From a virus: a stretch of DNA of 41,008 nucleotides. The notes under the pieces were generated by a model. The model saw nothing but the letters and a program-made list of their open reading frames with translations, was not told the origin of the DNA and made no database searches. Below, piece by piece: positions 7,693-16,187 of this stretch. The stretch is taken from positions 1-41,008 of the IMG/VR virus record IMGVR_UViG_3300027494_000001; one strand, written 5' to 3'. The position numbers and the translations under genes are program-made. The first letter of the stretch is position 1. Each line of letters starts with the position of its first letter.

Positions 7693-7883
7693 CACTGCAC
7701 CCCCGCCGCATTTGCCACGATTGCCGACAGCCCCTCCTGCCGCGTCGTGTATCGTGCATCAATCCACGCCACCACCTCCGGCGGGAGTTTGACCACGCAC
7801 GTTATTGCGTTGCGTGCGTGTTTTCTCGGTCTGCCCATCACGGGCTTCGTCTCGGTCACTGTCTTTGCCTTCTTCATGTCCAT
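7692..7883 (-). CDS. putative ribbon-helix-helix DNA-binding protein
   Basis: 63 aa. GRPRK is followed by VVKLPPEVVAWIDA..., which matches the beta-strand/helix pattern of CopG/Arc-type proteins. Confidence 0.35.
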   Translation of the reverse strand: MDMKKAKTVTETKPVMGRPRKHARNAITCVVKLPPEVVAWIDARYTTRQEGLSAIVANAAGVQ

Positions 7884-7968
7884 CCCTTTCGTTGAGTAAA
7901 CACACCTCGCACCGCTGCACCTCCCACGGGCACAGCGGCTGCCTGCACTTGTCGCACAGTTCGTTCAT
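7759..7968 (-). CDS. small Cys-rich ORF, real length uncertain
   Basis: ATGA-coupled start. The N-terminus is MNELCDKCRQPLCPWEVQRCEVC, with two CxxC pairs. It overlaps the next gene by 125 nt out of frame, and its tail looks non-coding. Confidence 0.3.
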   Translation of the reverse strand: MNELCDKCRQPLCPWEVQRCEVCLLNERDGHEEGKDSDRDEARDGQTEKTRTQRNNVRGQTPAGGGGVD

Positions 7969-8171
7969 GGTGCCTCAATCTCCGCTCCGTCGTTCGCACA
8001 CTTGCGAGCATACGCCAGTGCGTCCGCAAACGCGGTAAACGTGTCGTCTGTCCAGTCGTCGTAAATCCGCCAGCCGTCCTCGACCTGCTCAACGACGTAG
8101 CCGCATGGATTGCGGGCGGTGGCCAGTGCCTTCCCCAACGCTGCCTCAATCTGCTCAATCTGTGTTGCCAT
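7965..8171 (-). CDS. hypothetical protein
   Basis: 68-aa acidic protein. ATG preceded by TTGAGTGAGGGGAAGAGGCG. Confidence 0.5.
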   Translation of the reverse strand: MATQIEQIEAALGKALATARNPCGYVVEQVEDGWRIYDDWTDDTFTAFADALAYARKCANDGAEIEAP

Positions 8172-8202
8172 CGCCTCTTCCCCTCACTCAAAACCATTGC
8201 CG

Positions 8203-8232
8203 CCAAAAACCCCGCCAGCCAGTCCGGCGGGG
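8203..8232 (-). terminator. terminator-like hairpin (CCCCGCC-N9-GGCGGGG followed by TTTTTGG)
   Basis: 7-bp GC stem at 8210-8216 and 8226-8232. The U-run on the minus strand is the complement of 8203-8209. It lies between the 50-aa ORF and the next gene. Confidence 0.4.
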
Positions 8233-8251
8233 ATGTCGTTTTCTTTGTTTG

Positions 8252-8404
8252 TCAGCCCTGCGCCTTGGTTTCTGCCACCACCTGACGCCACTGTGCGATG
8301 CTCAGCCCCACACCACGGAACATTCTCCGCAGCATCTGTGCGTCCTTTTCGTCGTTACCGGTCAACCACGGCTGGATCATGTTTCGCACTGCGTCGGTCG
8401 TCAT
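8252..8404 (-). CDS. 50-aa ORF, first gene after the early promoter
   Basis: Hand-translated as MTTDAVRNMIQPWLTGNDEKDAQMLRRMFRGVGLSIAQWRQVVAETKAQG. ATG preceded by ACGAGGGGATGAACG. Below the ORF-track cutoff. Confidence 0.4.
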   Translation of the reverse strand: MTTDAVRNMIQPWLTGNDEKDAQMLRRMFRGVGLSIAQWRQVVAETKAQG

Positions 8405-8450
8405 CGTTCATCCCCTCGTTTGTCGTTTGTCGTTCACTTGCCACATCAGG

Positions 8451-8478
8451 ATCATACAATCATTTTCGGAAAGTGCAA
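8451..8478 (-). promoter_or_regulatory. sigma70-like promoter (TTGCAC-N16-TATGAT) on minus strand
   Basis: Plus-strand gtgcaa at 8473-8478 and atcata at 8451-8456. It lies directly downstream of the late terminator and about 45 nt upstream of the first early ORF. Confidence 0.5.
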
Positions 8479-8496
8479 CCCCATTCCTCCAATATT

Positions 8497-8533
8497 TTTG
8501 GAAAATAAAAAACCCCGCTTTTCCGCGGGGTTT
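8497..8533 (-). terminator. rho-independent terminator closing the structural operon
   Basis: Minus-strand RNA reads AAACCCCGC-GGAAAA-GCGGGGUUU followed by UUUAUUUUCC. The 9-bp stem is at 8510-8518 and 8525-8533. It sits 25 nt after the stop of the last tail gene. Confidence 0.75.
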
Positions 8534-8557
8534 CTGGGGGTCATTTCGTCCGCCAGG

Positions 8558-10780
8558 CTATTCCGGATCAACCAAGACGCCAGGCACAATCACCAGCCCA
8601 GCCTGCAACCACGGTTTGAACAGTGCTCCCGGCCCGGTGTAGGAGGTCGCTCCTTTGCTGCCCCATGTCCGCGTCCACCTGACTGTGCCTGTTGTCCGGC
8701 TGTGGCTCGCAATGCCCGCCGCGCAGTATTGGCTGAAATTCTGAAATTCAATTGTGACGGAATTCGTCAGCAAATAGTTCGGATTGATGTACCCCTCGGC
8801 ATTGCCTGCAGCGTTTGCAAATCCTGCAAAGCGAATCACCAACCCCACGTCAAACAATCCGTAATCCGTGTTGCCGATGATTGATGCAGGACCGCCAAGC
8901 GGATACATGACCACGTTGTCTGTTACGCCTCCGGTGTTGGCGGTGAATATGTTGTCCAGTGCTGTTTTGATCTCGGCTGATGTCGCGTCCCAATCTAGCC
9001 ACGCTGTTGTTTTTGTGGCCAACCCAGTGCGTGCAAATCGAAACCTGAATTGCGTCGTCAGTGCCGGCTTCGCCCAGTCCACCGTGTACCATCGCCACAC
9101 ATACGCGCGGGCATTGGTGCCGCTGATGATCGGCGGTGTGACTGACGGCCCGGTGAATCTCACGCCTGCCCCTTGCGTGTTGATAATTGAGTAATACCCG
9201 TCGCCATCCGTCAGCAGTGGATATTGATAATCGACAACGCCATGCAATTGCGTCGTGCCGTCATAGACTCGGCTGCCGTCCAGGTTATATTGGAATGAAC
9301 CGCCGAATCCTGTTGTGGTTGCCGGATAGTTTGCCACGCTCCAGTTCGCGCTGCTGCCCTCGTGGTAATACACGCGCGGTGTTTTGCCCGTGCTCACCAC
9401 GGAAGAGTCTGACGCCGTCGCTGTGCCGTCCGCAATTGTCACCTGCGCAATGCAACGGCTGCCCGCTGTGAATGTCGCTCGCGTGAACTCGATTAGCTGC
9501 TTGTCGCCTTCGACATTGGAAAGGCTGATATTCTGGACGTTAACCCATTTCTGCCAAACCGCTGACCACGGCCCTGTCGTTTCCCATCCCTCCACGTACA
9601 GCCCGTTCGTTGTCAGGACAGCCACGCGGTTGTTGGCACCTGCTCGGATGTCGTCGATTCCTGCAGTTGCTGCAAAATTGCTCGTGGGAACAGTGCCGCT
9701 GTTGTCCACCAGTTTGGGCGGTGCCGATCCGTTGCGCAATCCGAATTGATAGCCGACGCTGCTCGTGATCAGTCCCGTTCCGGTGTCGTATCGTGCCGCA
9801 ATCCCGTAGGTTGGACGCTGTATCGTGTAGCCGGCTGAACCACCAACGCATGTTCCGGGAATGCCAACGTCTCCCGGACTGCCCGGTGTCGCTGGTGCTG
9901 TTGCTACAGCTCCGCCTGTGCAGGCGTCGGTGTTGAGGCCCCAGTAGTCTCCGGTTGGTGGCGGACTCAACACCCAGTCCCACGTTGACGTGCCACCACC
10001 GCCGCCAACCGTGACCGCGTATTGATGATCCACCTTGACGCCGTCAATATCGCCAGTCGCTGCGGACCACGTCACACTGATTTCAATTTTGCGGTGTGGC
10101 CACGGCCCCCCGGTTGCTGTCGCTGCTGTGCAGTCCGCCGTCGCCTCAAACGCTGCCTCAACGTCCGCAGCTGTGGCGTTGTACTGCAATTCAATAACCT
10201 CCAGACTCGTTTTCGTCCGGATGTAAACCTTGCCGGCCTGCTGAATGTGCGCGTGTAGAATATACTCTTTGTCGGCTGTGTCAGTCGTGTAGTCAACCCA
10301 TTCAATCGCCACCGCGCGATTGCCGAGAATCACGTAATCGCCACCGGACAGAGCCGCAGCATTCCGGATGCTCATGGAATAGTAATCCGGCCCGGTGATC
10401 AGCGTGAAACTGTTGTCTGTTCCGTCCTGCTGAAACAGCCCGTCAATTGTTGCCGTCTCGATGACAGTGCCGTCCGTTGCGTCCAGTTTCACAAGTGCAA
10501 TCGACTCCCGGCAGTTTGCCATCAGTGCTCCGGCTGTTCTGGCAGGTCTGGTGACATACGGATTCGCTGCGCCGATGTTCTGCAGTGCCACTAATACGAA
10601 CCGGTTTTTCGTCACGCTCAAAGCGGCTTCGATGCCGGTGATTTCGTCGGTGCCATAGTGCTCACGCCAGAACGAACCATGCCCGTATTCCCAGACGGTC
10701 GTTCCGTCGCTGGTGTCCAGCCCTTTGATTGTCGTTGGTCTGCGCTCGCCGATGCAATTGCAACACCTGCCAATCAGCAT
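8558..10780 (-). CDS. large distal tail protein (central fibre or receptor-binding candidate)
   Basis: 740 aa and the last gene of the tail operon. Gly/Thr/Ser-rich with repeated DxSDGT/DATDGT turns. No enzymatic motif recognised. Confidence 0.55.
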   Translation of the reverse strand: MLIGRCCNCIGERRPTTIKGLDTSDGTTVWEYGHGSFWREHYGTDEITGIEAALSVTKNRFVLVALQNIGAANPYVTRPARTAGALMANCRESIALVKLDATDGTVIETATIDGLFQQDGTDNSFTLITGPDYYSMSIRNAAALSGGDYVILGNRAVAIEWVDYTTDTADKEYILHAHIQQAGKVYIRTKTSLEVIELQYNATAADVEAAFEATADCTAATATGGPWPHRKIEISVTWSAATGDIDGVKVDHQYAVTVGGGGGTSTWDWVLSPPPTGDYWGLNTDACTGGAVATAPATPGSPGDVGIPGTCVGGSAGYTIQRPTYGIAARYDTGTGLITSSVGYQFGLRNGSAPPKLVDNSGTVPTSNFAATAGIDDIRAGANNRVAVLTTNGLYVEGWETTGPWSAVWQKWVNVQNISLSNVEGDKQLIEFTRATFTAGSRCIAQVTIADGTATASDSSVVSTGKTPRVYYHEGSSANWSVANYPATTTGFGGSFQYNLDGSRVYDGTTQLHGVVDYQYPLLTDGDGYYSIINTQGAGVRFTGPSVTPPIISGTNARAYVWRWYTVDWAKPALTTQFRFRFARTGLATKTTAWLDWDATSAEIKTALDNIFTANTGGVTDNVVMYPLGGPASIIGNTDYGLFDVGLVIRFAGFANAAGNAEGYINPNYLLTNSVTIEFQNFSQYCAAGIASHSRTTGTVRWTRTWGSKGATSYTGPGALFKPWLQAGLVIVPGVLVDPE

Positions 10781-10783
10781 AAC

Positions 10784-11155
10784 TCAGCCCCCGCAATCCA
10801 GACTCACCAGCCTCCATTCGCCATCCATCCACCGGCAATACACGATGTCACCTGTGAATCCCTCGATGTGCTCCATTCTATTAACCACGGTTTCTGTTCG
10901 CCCCGTGTCAATCATGTTGCCGTTTGTGTCCTTGCCCCAGATGTTGACGGTTGCAGTCCCTGGTGTTGTGCTGAAACTTGTGGCCTTCGCCAGATTGCCA
11001 GCCAGTTTTCCGGACAAGTCCAGCGGCTGAATAACCTGCGTTCCGTGTATCCGGTCGATAATCCTCGCGACAGACTGCGCCAACGAATTCAACGCCGCTG
11101 CTGTCAGGCGTTGCCCGGACTCAAACACTGGCGGTGTGCGGTCTGCCTGCGTCAT
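10784..11155 (-). CDS. tail tip or baseplate-associated protein
   Basis: 123 aa from ATG 11155, ATGA-coupled. Assigned by its position between distal tail genes. Confidence 0.45.
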   Translation of the reverse strand: MTQADRTPPVFESGQRLTAAALNSLAQSVARIIDRIHGTQVIQPLDLSGKLAGNLAKATSFSTTPGTATVNIWGKDTNGNMIDTGRTETVVNRMEHIEGFTGDIVYCRWMDGEWRLVSLDCGG

Positions 11156-12048
11156 ACCTGCGAAGTCCACAGCGTGTTGAAATCGAACGTCTGAAACATG
11201 GTTTCCGAGCTGTCAGCGGACAGCACTTTGTCATAGTCTGCCGTGTCGGGGCGATACTGGTGGTTCCACCCGTAAATGATCGCACCTGCCGGACTCGCTC
11301 CGGTGCGTGCGGTGCTGCTGAATGCCTTCTGTGCCTTTTCGATGAAGGACAGCGTCAGTTTTCGCGTGCTCCATTGTCCATCTGTTGATAACGTCACCTC
11401 GTCCTTCAGCCCATCAAACAGCAGCGTTTCAGGCTGAAATACTTGCGGGCTTCCGGGGAGCCTGAACGCCGCCGAATTAACGCATCCTTTCATGTTGCCT
11501 AACGTCACCCATGGCACCACCTGGACTTGGTTCCATGTGACGGTGTGCATTGTCACGCTGTCTGGCACTTGTTGGTTGATGTCTGCCGGCAGCAGTGCGC
11601 TGTCAGATTCCCATTTGCAACCGCGGCCTGGTATCGTTCGAAATTCTGTGTTGCTGTCTTGGTTGTACGTGCACCACGTCCCCGCCGGTAACGGTGTCGG
11701 GTCGTTTGGGTCTCCGGCCTGCAGTTGGTCCGCCTGAAGTGGTGTATAAACGAACGTGATGACGGCTAGTGTTCCATCATGCGTAATGATGTCTGTGTTC
11801 GGATCTGATACCGAACCCGCTGGCAGGTTGCTCACGCGCGAAATTTCGAAAGAGTCCGCCAGCACCCCAGGCCAAAGGGTACTATACGACGCAGGCAAAC
11901 CGAAAGGACCACTGCGCATGTGTTCTGCCACAAAGTCCCAGCGGTCATTCCATGCCGTCAGGAAAATACGAGTCAGATTGAACTGCCCGGATCTGTTGCC
12001 GGACTCTTTCGGGCTGTCCTCATGCTCTTGAAACGCTGGATACGGCAT
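11152..12048 (-). CDS. putative distal tail protein (Dit-position)
   Basis: 298 aa, immediately downstream of the tape measure gene. The call rests on position only. Confidence 0.45.
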   Translation of the reverse strand: MPYPAFQEHEDSPKESGNRSGQFNLTRIFLTAWNDRWDFVAEHMRSGPFGLPASYSTLWPGVLADSFEISRVSNLPAGSVSDPNTDIITHDGTLAVITFVYTPLQADQLQAGDPNDPTPLPAGTWCTYNQDSNTEFRTIPGRGCKWESDSALLPADINQQVPDSVTMHTVTWNQVQVVPWVTLGNMKGCVNSAAFRLPGSPQVFQPETLLFDGLKDEVTLSTDGQWSTRKLTLSFIEKAQKAFSSTARTGASPAGAIIYGWNHQYRPDTADYDKVLSADSSETMFQTFDFNTLWTSQV

Positions 12049-12052
12049 TCTG

Positions 12053-13555
12053 TCACCCTAAGATCGCAACGCCGGACAATCCGCCCGACACCGCGCCCAG
12101 AATCTGTTTGTTCACTTCCACCGCTGCCTTTTGAACCGCCAACTGCTCACGCGCTATTTTGTCGGTTTCGCCCTGTTTGGCCAGTCTGTCCTGCAGGCTG
12201 CGGAACATTTCCACAGCCCCGCCTCGCTGAACCTGTGCCTGTGCCACGGCCTGCACTGCCGCTGTTGCTGCAACGTCTGCCACAAACTCAGTTGGCGGTG
12301 CCTGTCCGCGGTCCTGCTGCATGGCTTCCAGTTTCGCCCGCTTTTCCAGATCCTTTCGCCCCGCTTCCTGTCGCGATTCAATTCTCATTCGACGGGCAAG
12401 CTCCAACTCACCAAACACGGCGTCGATCGCACTGCCCCGACTCTGGCTTGCCGCAAATTCCAGTGTGGGCATTGGGACGGCTTCGGCATTGCCCATCAAT
12501 ACCGACGGGCTGAGACGGCTCGCAATGGATACTCCGGCAGATGCCGCGTATTCGATCAATTGGCCGATCCACGTTTTCACGTCATGGAACATCAGCTGCA
12601 ATGTGTTCGGCACTTGCTGCAATGCCACGGTGGCCACGATTGCAAAGTCTGCCAGATTGTCCTGCAATGATTGAAACATTGCCTTTGCGTTCGCCACAAA
12701 CAACGATGCCCCAGCCCCAACGCCGTTGAAACTTTCAGAAGTTCCGTTGATTGAATCCAGCATCGCATTCAGTTCTGGTAATAATGCCGAACCGATTGCT
12801 ATCGCCGTCATCTCCACGTTTGTTTTGAATTTTGCGTACGCGCCGGCTGTCGTCGCGGCCAGTCGGTCATTCATGCCGGCCAGCCGTCCGCTGCCTGTCG
12901 TCAATGCCTCCAGTGCCTTCGCGACCATATCGAACGAAATCAATCCGGCTTCCATGTCCTTCTTCAAGTCGGCCATGCTGCGGCCAGTCATCTTGCTGAT
13001 TTCAAACAGCGGACCGAATCCGCTGTTGATGAGCTGGTTGGCCTCTTGGCCCATCAGACGGCCAGCCGCTTTGACCTGCGCCATGCCACGCGCCAACAGC
13101 ATCAACTGCTCACTGTTGCCCTGTGCCACTTCGGTCAATTGCGTCAGCGTCGTGAAGGCTTCGTCGGACCCCATGCCGAAATTCAACATCAACTTTTGTG
13201 CTGCGGCCAAATCCGGCAAACCGAACACGGTTTTCTTATCGAGTGCTCGCAAATCCTCCAGCGTCTTTTTCGCCTTGCTCACAGATCCCAGCAACACCTC
13301 AAACGAAATCGCTGTGGTCTCCGCGTCTGCGGACAGCTGCAGCATCTTCACCGCGCCAGTCGTCGCCCCGATTGTGGCCAGTATTCCACCCAACCCGCTG
13401 AACGCACCCCGAAGTCCACTTAGCGCATTGCCAGCCGCACCTGCCTTGCTGGCAATTGACTGCATGGCTGTTGCTGCCTTGCCGGCTTCCGTCTGTACGG
13501 CCTTCATGCCGTCCGCGGAAAACAGAACCTGTGCTTCCTGAATCGTGATTGCCAT
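12053..13555 (-). CDS. tail tape measure protein
   Basis: 500 aa, Ala/Gly/Leu-rich and largely helical. It follows the G/GT chaperone pair. Its ATG overlaps the GT stop (TGATG). Confidence 0.8.
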   Translation of the reverse strand: MAITIQEAQVLFSADGMKAVQTEAGKAATAMQSIASKAGAAGNALSGLRGAFSGLGGILATIGATTGAVKMLQLSADAETTAISFEVLLGSVSKAKKTLEDLRALDKKTVFGLPDLAAAQKLMLNFGMGSDEAFTTLTQLTEVAQGNSEQLMLLARGMAQVKAAGRLMGQEANQLINSGFGPLFEISKMTGRSMADLKKDMEAGLISFDMVAKALEALTTGSGRLAGMNDRLAATTAGAYAKFKTNVEMTAIAIGSALLPELNAMLDSINGTSESFNGVGAGASLFVANAKAMFQSLQDNLADFAIVATVALQQVPNTLQLMFHDVKTWIGQLIEYAASAGVSIASRLSPSVLMGNAEAVPMPTLEFAASQSRGSAIDAVFGELELARRMRIESRQEAGRKDLEKRAKLEAMQQDRGQAPPTEFVADVAATAAVQAVAQAQVQRGGAVEMFRSLQDRLAKQGETDKIAREQLAVQKAAVEVNKQILGAVSGGLSGVAILG

Positions 13556-14192
13556 CAGACTGTTTTCTTTTGAAAGATGTCCTCAGGTGCCCAGTAGCCC
13601 AGATAAATCAACGCCTGATACATGGTCAGGCTTGCGACGGTGTCCGGTGTCCAATGGTACTTTTCGCACAGCCCACGGAACACCGTAGCCCACGGGACGG
13701 TGCGCCGCGTCTGCATCGGTGCGCCTGGTTGTCCAGGCGGTTTCAGTTTCCCAGTGCGTCTTTCTGTTCAACTTTGTGAACGGCTTCGACAATTCGCCGC
13801 ACGTCACCAAACCATGCGATGAAGTCGCACCCCAGCTGAATGCCCTGCGTGTTGCTGACATTCGGCGGGAATTCATCCGGATGATTGACACACAAGGCCC
13901 GCCAAACTGACCACGCCAGACCGCGAAACGAACGGTCAAACCGTTCCTCGTCCTCCATTGTGGCAATCAATGGACGTGCCGCAATGTCCGCCGCAATTTT
14001 GAATGCCTCAGATCGCACACGACCGTCTGTAATCGACTCCAGCCCGTCGTACGGGCTGCCGGTCGTCTGGACAATCGCAGCCTCTTTGAGTGCGTAATCG
14101 GCCAGCGTGCGAAATGCCAGCCGATACGTTCTGTCGTCCTTCGTCAGCTCCACAGTCCGCCGACTGCAGAGGTTGAATAAACCGTCCGCCAC
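13555..14192 (-). CDS. tail assembly chaperone GT-like fusion made by -1 programmed frameshift
   Basis: The -1 frame is open from 13767 to the TGA at 13555-13557. That fills the otherwise non-coding 187 nt gap. It would add 63 aa (LKPPGQPGAPMQTRRTVPWATVFRGLCEKYHWTPDTVASLTMYQALIYLGYWAPEDIFQKKTV), for about 212 aa in total. Confidence 0.65.
13743..14192 (-). CDS. tail assembly chaperone (gpG-like, zero-frame product)
   Basis: 149 aa with a GTG start and an AAGGAG Shine-Dalgarno site. It lies between the tail tube and tape measure genes and ends ...CTG GGA AAC TGA. Confidence 0.75.
   Translation of the reverse strand: MADGLFNLCSRRTVELTKDDRTYRLAFRTLADYALKEAAIVQTTGSPYDGLESITDGRVRSEAFKIAADIAARPLIATMEDEERFDRSFRGLAWSVWRALCVNHPDEFPPNVSNTQGIQLGCDFIAWFGDVRRIVEAVHKVEQKDALGN
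13746..13752 (-). other. slippery heptamer G GGA AAC (X XXY YYZ)
   Basis: Plus-strand gtttccc at 13746-13752. It is in the zero frame of the chaperone gene, one codon before its stop. Confidence 0.65.
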
Positions 14193-14210
14193 GGTTGCAA
14201 CTCCTTAAAA

Positions 14211-14621
14211 TCAAACAACGTCAAACGCGGTGCCGCTTGCTGCTGGCGCACCCTGTCCGGAAAACTTGTAATCAATCGCCACCGGATCGCCGCTATCAGC
14301 GTCCAGCGTGATCGGCCCGACTTCGGTGATTAGAATTGTGCCGCTGATGTAATCATCGGAATCAGCGTGAAACTGTGCTGCCACTTCGTCATTCAGAATG
14401 AACGGCATGGACTCGCCATCGTGAAGCATGATGCGAACCGTTCCGCTCCATTCCTTCGTTCCCTTGACCGACTTCCGCCAGCCGCTGGTGCTGTTGCTGG
14501 CATACTTTCCACTGTTCGATGTCAGCGTGATTTCCCACCGCCCGGTGTGCACCTCTTCTGCTACCGGGCTGCCCGTCTTGAACGTCATATCCTTGCCACT
14601 GAACACTGTGCCTGCTGCCAT
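14211..14621 (-). CDS. major tail (tube) protein
   Basis: 136 aa, directly upstream of the chaperone pair. The pattern ...SNSTSGWRKSVKGTKEWSGTVRIMLHDG... is typical of siphovirus tube proteins. Confidence 0.65.
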   Translation of the reverse strand: MAAGTVFSGKDMTFKTGSPVAEEVHTGRWEITLTSNSGKYASNSTSGWRKSVKGTKEWSGTVRIMLHDGESMPFILNDEVAAQFHADSDDYISGTILITEVGPITLDADSGDPVAIDYKFSGQGAPAASGTAFDVV

Positions 14622-14634
14622 TGCTGTTTATCCT

Positions 14635-15045
14635 TCAAGGCTTGGCGATTGCGGAATAAAGAATACCAATTTTCAGATTTGTGGCAGTAGTTGCCACGCC
14701 CAGAATCGTGACGAAGTCACCGGATGCCAAATCGCTGTACGGTGCAATGCCGCCTGCGGTCGTGCTCGCTACGTACACCTGCCCCACGGTGAAGGCAGAG
14801 TTAAACGTCAGGTTGCCGCCGGTCGCATACTGCAGTGGCTGGCCATCGCTCGCACCATGCAATGCAATTCCCGCCACCTTGCTTGACGCCAACACGTCAG
14901 CATCTGCCGCCTTCAATTTATTGCTCGCGGCTGTGTCTTGATAAACGGGCTGCCCAGCAGTCACAGTGCCACCGGCCACACCGATTGCAAATACGGTCGT
15001 GGTGGTCTTGACGACACTGGCTGCTGTGACTGAAACGTCTGCCAT
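14635..15045 (-). CDS. DUF2190-like protein
   Basis: 136 aa. AGQPVY...KVAGIALHGASDGQPLQYATGGNLTF...VGQVYVA fits the beta-rich DUF2190 pattern. Confidence 0.45.
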   Translation of the reverse strand: MADVSVTAASVVKTTTTVFAIGVAGGTVTAGQPVYQDTAASNKLKAADADVLASSKVAGIALHGASDGQPLQYATGGNLTFNSAFTVGQVYVASTTAGGIAPYSDLASGDFVTILGVATTATNLKIGILYSAIAKP

Positions 15046-15048
15046 CTG

Positions 15049-15483
15049 TCAAACTCCGGTGTGCATTATCTCGAACTGAATCTGTGTGTCCCAGACGCCC
15101 GTTTGCGTGTCCTGTTCTGTCGTCATTTGTCCCGTCGGCCTTGCCTGAATGGCCTTTGCGGCAGTGCCGGTGAATCCCTTGTCTGCCCATTGGTTGACGA
15201 TCTCCTGCGCGATGGATTTTCCCGCGTCGTAATTGATCGACAAACAGGACAGAGTCAGCGTCGAGCGATACCCGCGTTGGCTGTTGGTTCTCCATGCCGG
15301 TTCTGTCGCAATCGTGAACACCACCGCATCGTCGAAATAGTCGTCCGCGTCCGCGTCCTGCTGTTCCGTCTCGCTGAATTCATCGACACTGGCCACAACT
15401 CGATTGACTGGCACCAACGCGGACAACGTCGGTGTCTGCGCCCACCATTCGCCAACCAGTCTGTCGATGCCTGTGTCCGCCAT
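15049..15483 (-). CDS. putative tail terminator or tail completion protein (DUF3168-like)
   Basis: 144 aa. Assigned from its position between the gp10-like and tube genes and its N-terminal pattern. Confidence 0.4.
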   Translation of the reverse strand: MADTGIDRLVGEWWAQTPTLSALVPVNRVVASVDEFSETEQQDADADDYFDDAVVFTIATEPAWRTNSQRGYRSTLTLSCLSINYDAGKSIAQEIVNQWADKGFTGTAAKAIQARPTGQMTTEQDTQTGVWDTQIQFEIMHTGV

Positions 15484-16187
15484 TATCGCACTCGTGCCTT
15501 CTGCTTCGGTCCCGTTGCTGTTTTCTTCACTTCCTGAACTACCGTCTCCCCGTATTCACTCAGGTGATTCATCACTGACGGCTTCAAAAATGGTCTTTGT
15601 TTGCCGTCCTGCCGAAACTCCCACATTGCCATATAGGGCGCGACCTTTTTGTCGACGTACACCCGGCCCTCCGGCTTTGGCCCCTTCATTCTGATTTCGA
15701 TCGTAATTGACTGCCGGCCCTTGCCTGATCTCATTCGGGGCGGTTCACCGGGACGGCTCGCCCCCGGATCAGTCGCCCGCACGCCTTTTTCAAATTCCTC
15801 CGGCAGTTGACTGCCAACCAAAACCAGACGGCCAAACTCACGCTTCTGAATTCTCGCGGCTGATCTCCGCTTTCTTTCGATTTCCCTTCGCCGTGCCTTC
15901 CGTTGCCGATTCCACTTCCTCAATTGCCTGCCGGATGCCTTCGCGGTCCGTGTCAGGCTCTTCCGTGTTCTGCTTGCCTGCTTGACGGCTTTGGCGGTTG
16001 CCCGCCTCAGTCGTCTGGATGTCGTTGCCGCCTTGCGTTTTGCTCGGCTCGTCAATCGTCGTTGTGTTCTCTGTGCCGTTCGTTGCAGCCGTTTGCCGCT
16101 TCTTGCCGCTTGTCTACGGGCTTTCGCAAATCGCTTTACCAGCGTCTTGCGAAACCTCGTGAAACTACTCTGTCGTCGCCTCGGCAT
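15483..16187 (-). CDS. HK97 gp10-like head-tail protein, C-terminal part with a polybasic region
   Basis: 234 aa from ATG 16187. The C-terminus (GEPPRMRSGKGRQSITIE ... VAPYMAMWEFRQDGKQRPFLKPSV) fits the gp10 family. The first ~120 aa are about 40 percent Arg+Lys by hand count. The track start (TTG 16340) is unsupported. Confidence 0.55.
   Translation of the reverse strand: MPRRRQSSFTRFRKTLVKRFAKARRQAARSGKRLQRTAQRTQRRLTSRAKRKAATTSRRLRRATAKAVKQASRTRKSLTRTAKASGRQLRKWNRQRKARRREIERKRRSAARIQKREFGRLVLVGSQLPEEFEKGVRATDPGASRPGEPPRMRSGKGRQSITIEIRMKGPKPEGRVYVDKKVAPYMAMWEFRQDGKQRPFLKPSVMNHLSEYGETVVQEVKKTATGPKQKARVR

Noticed and set aside
13583-13966. Minus-strand ORF (127 aa) overlapping the tail chaperone gene, considered as the T-part of a G/T pair.
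   Set aside because: It is in the +1 frame and its translation is Trp/Arg-rich. The -1 frame is open, begins at a canonical GGGAAAC site and ends exactly at the tape measure ATG, so the -1 product is the better model.
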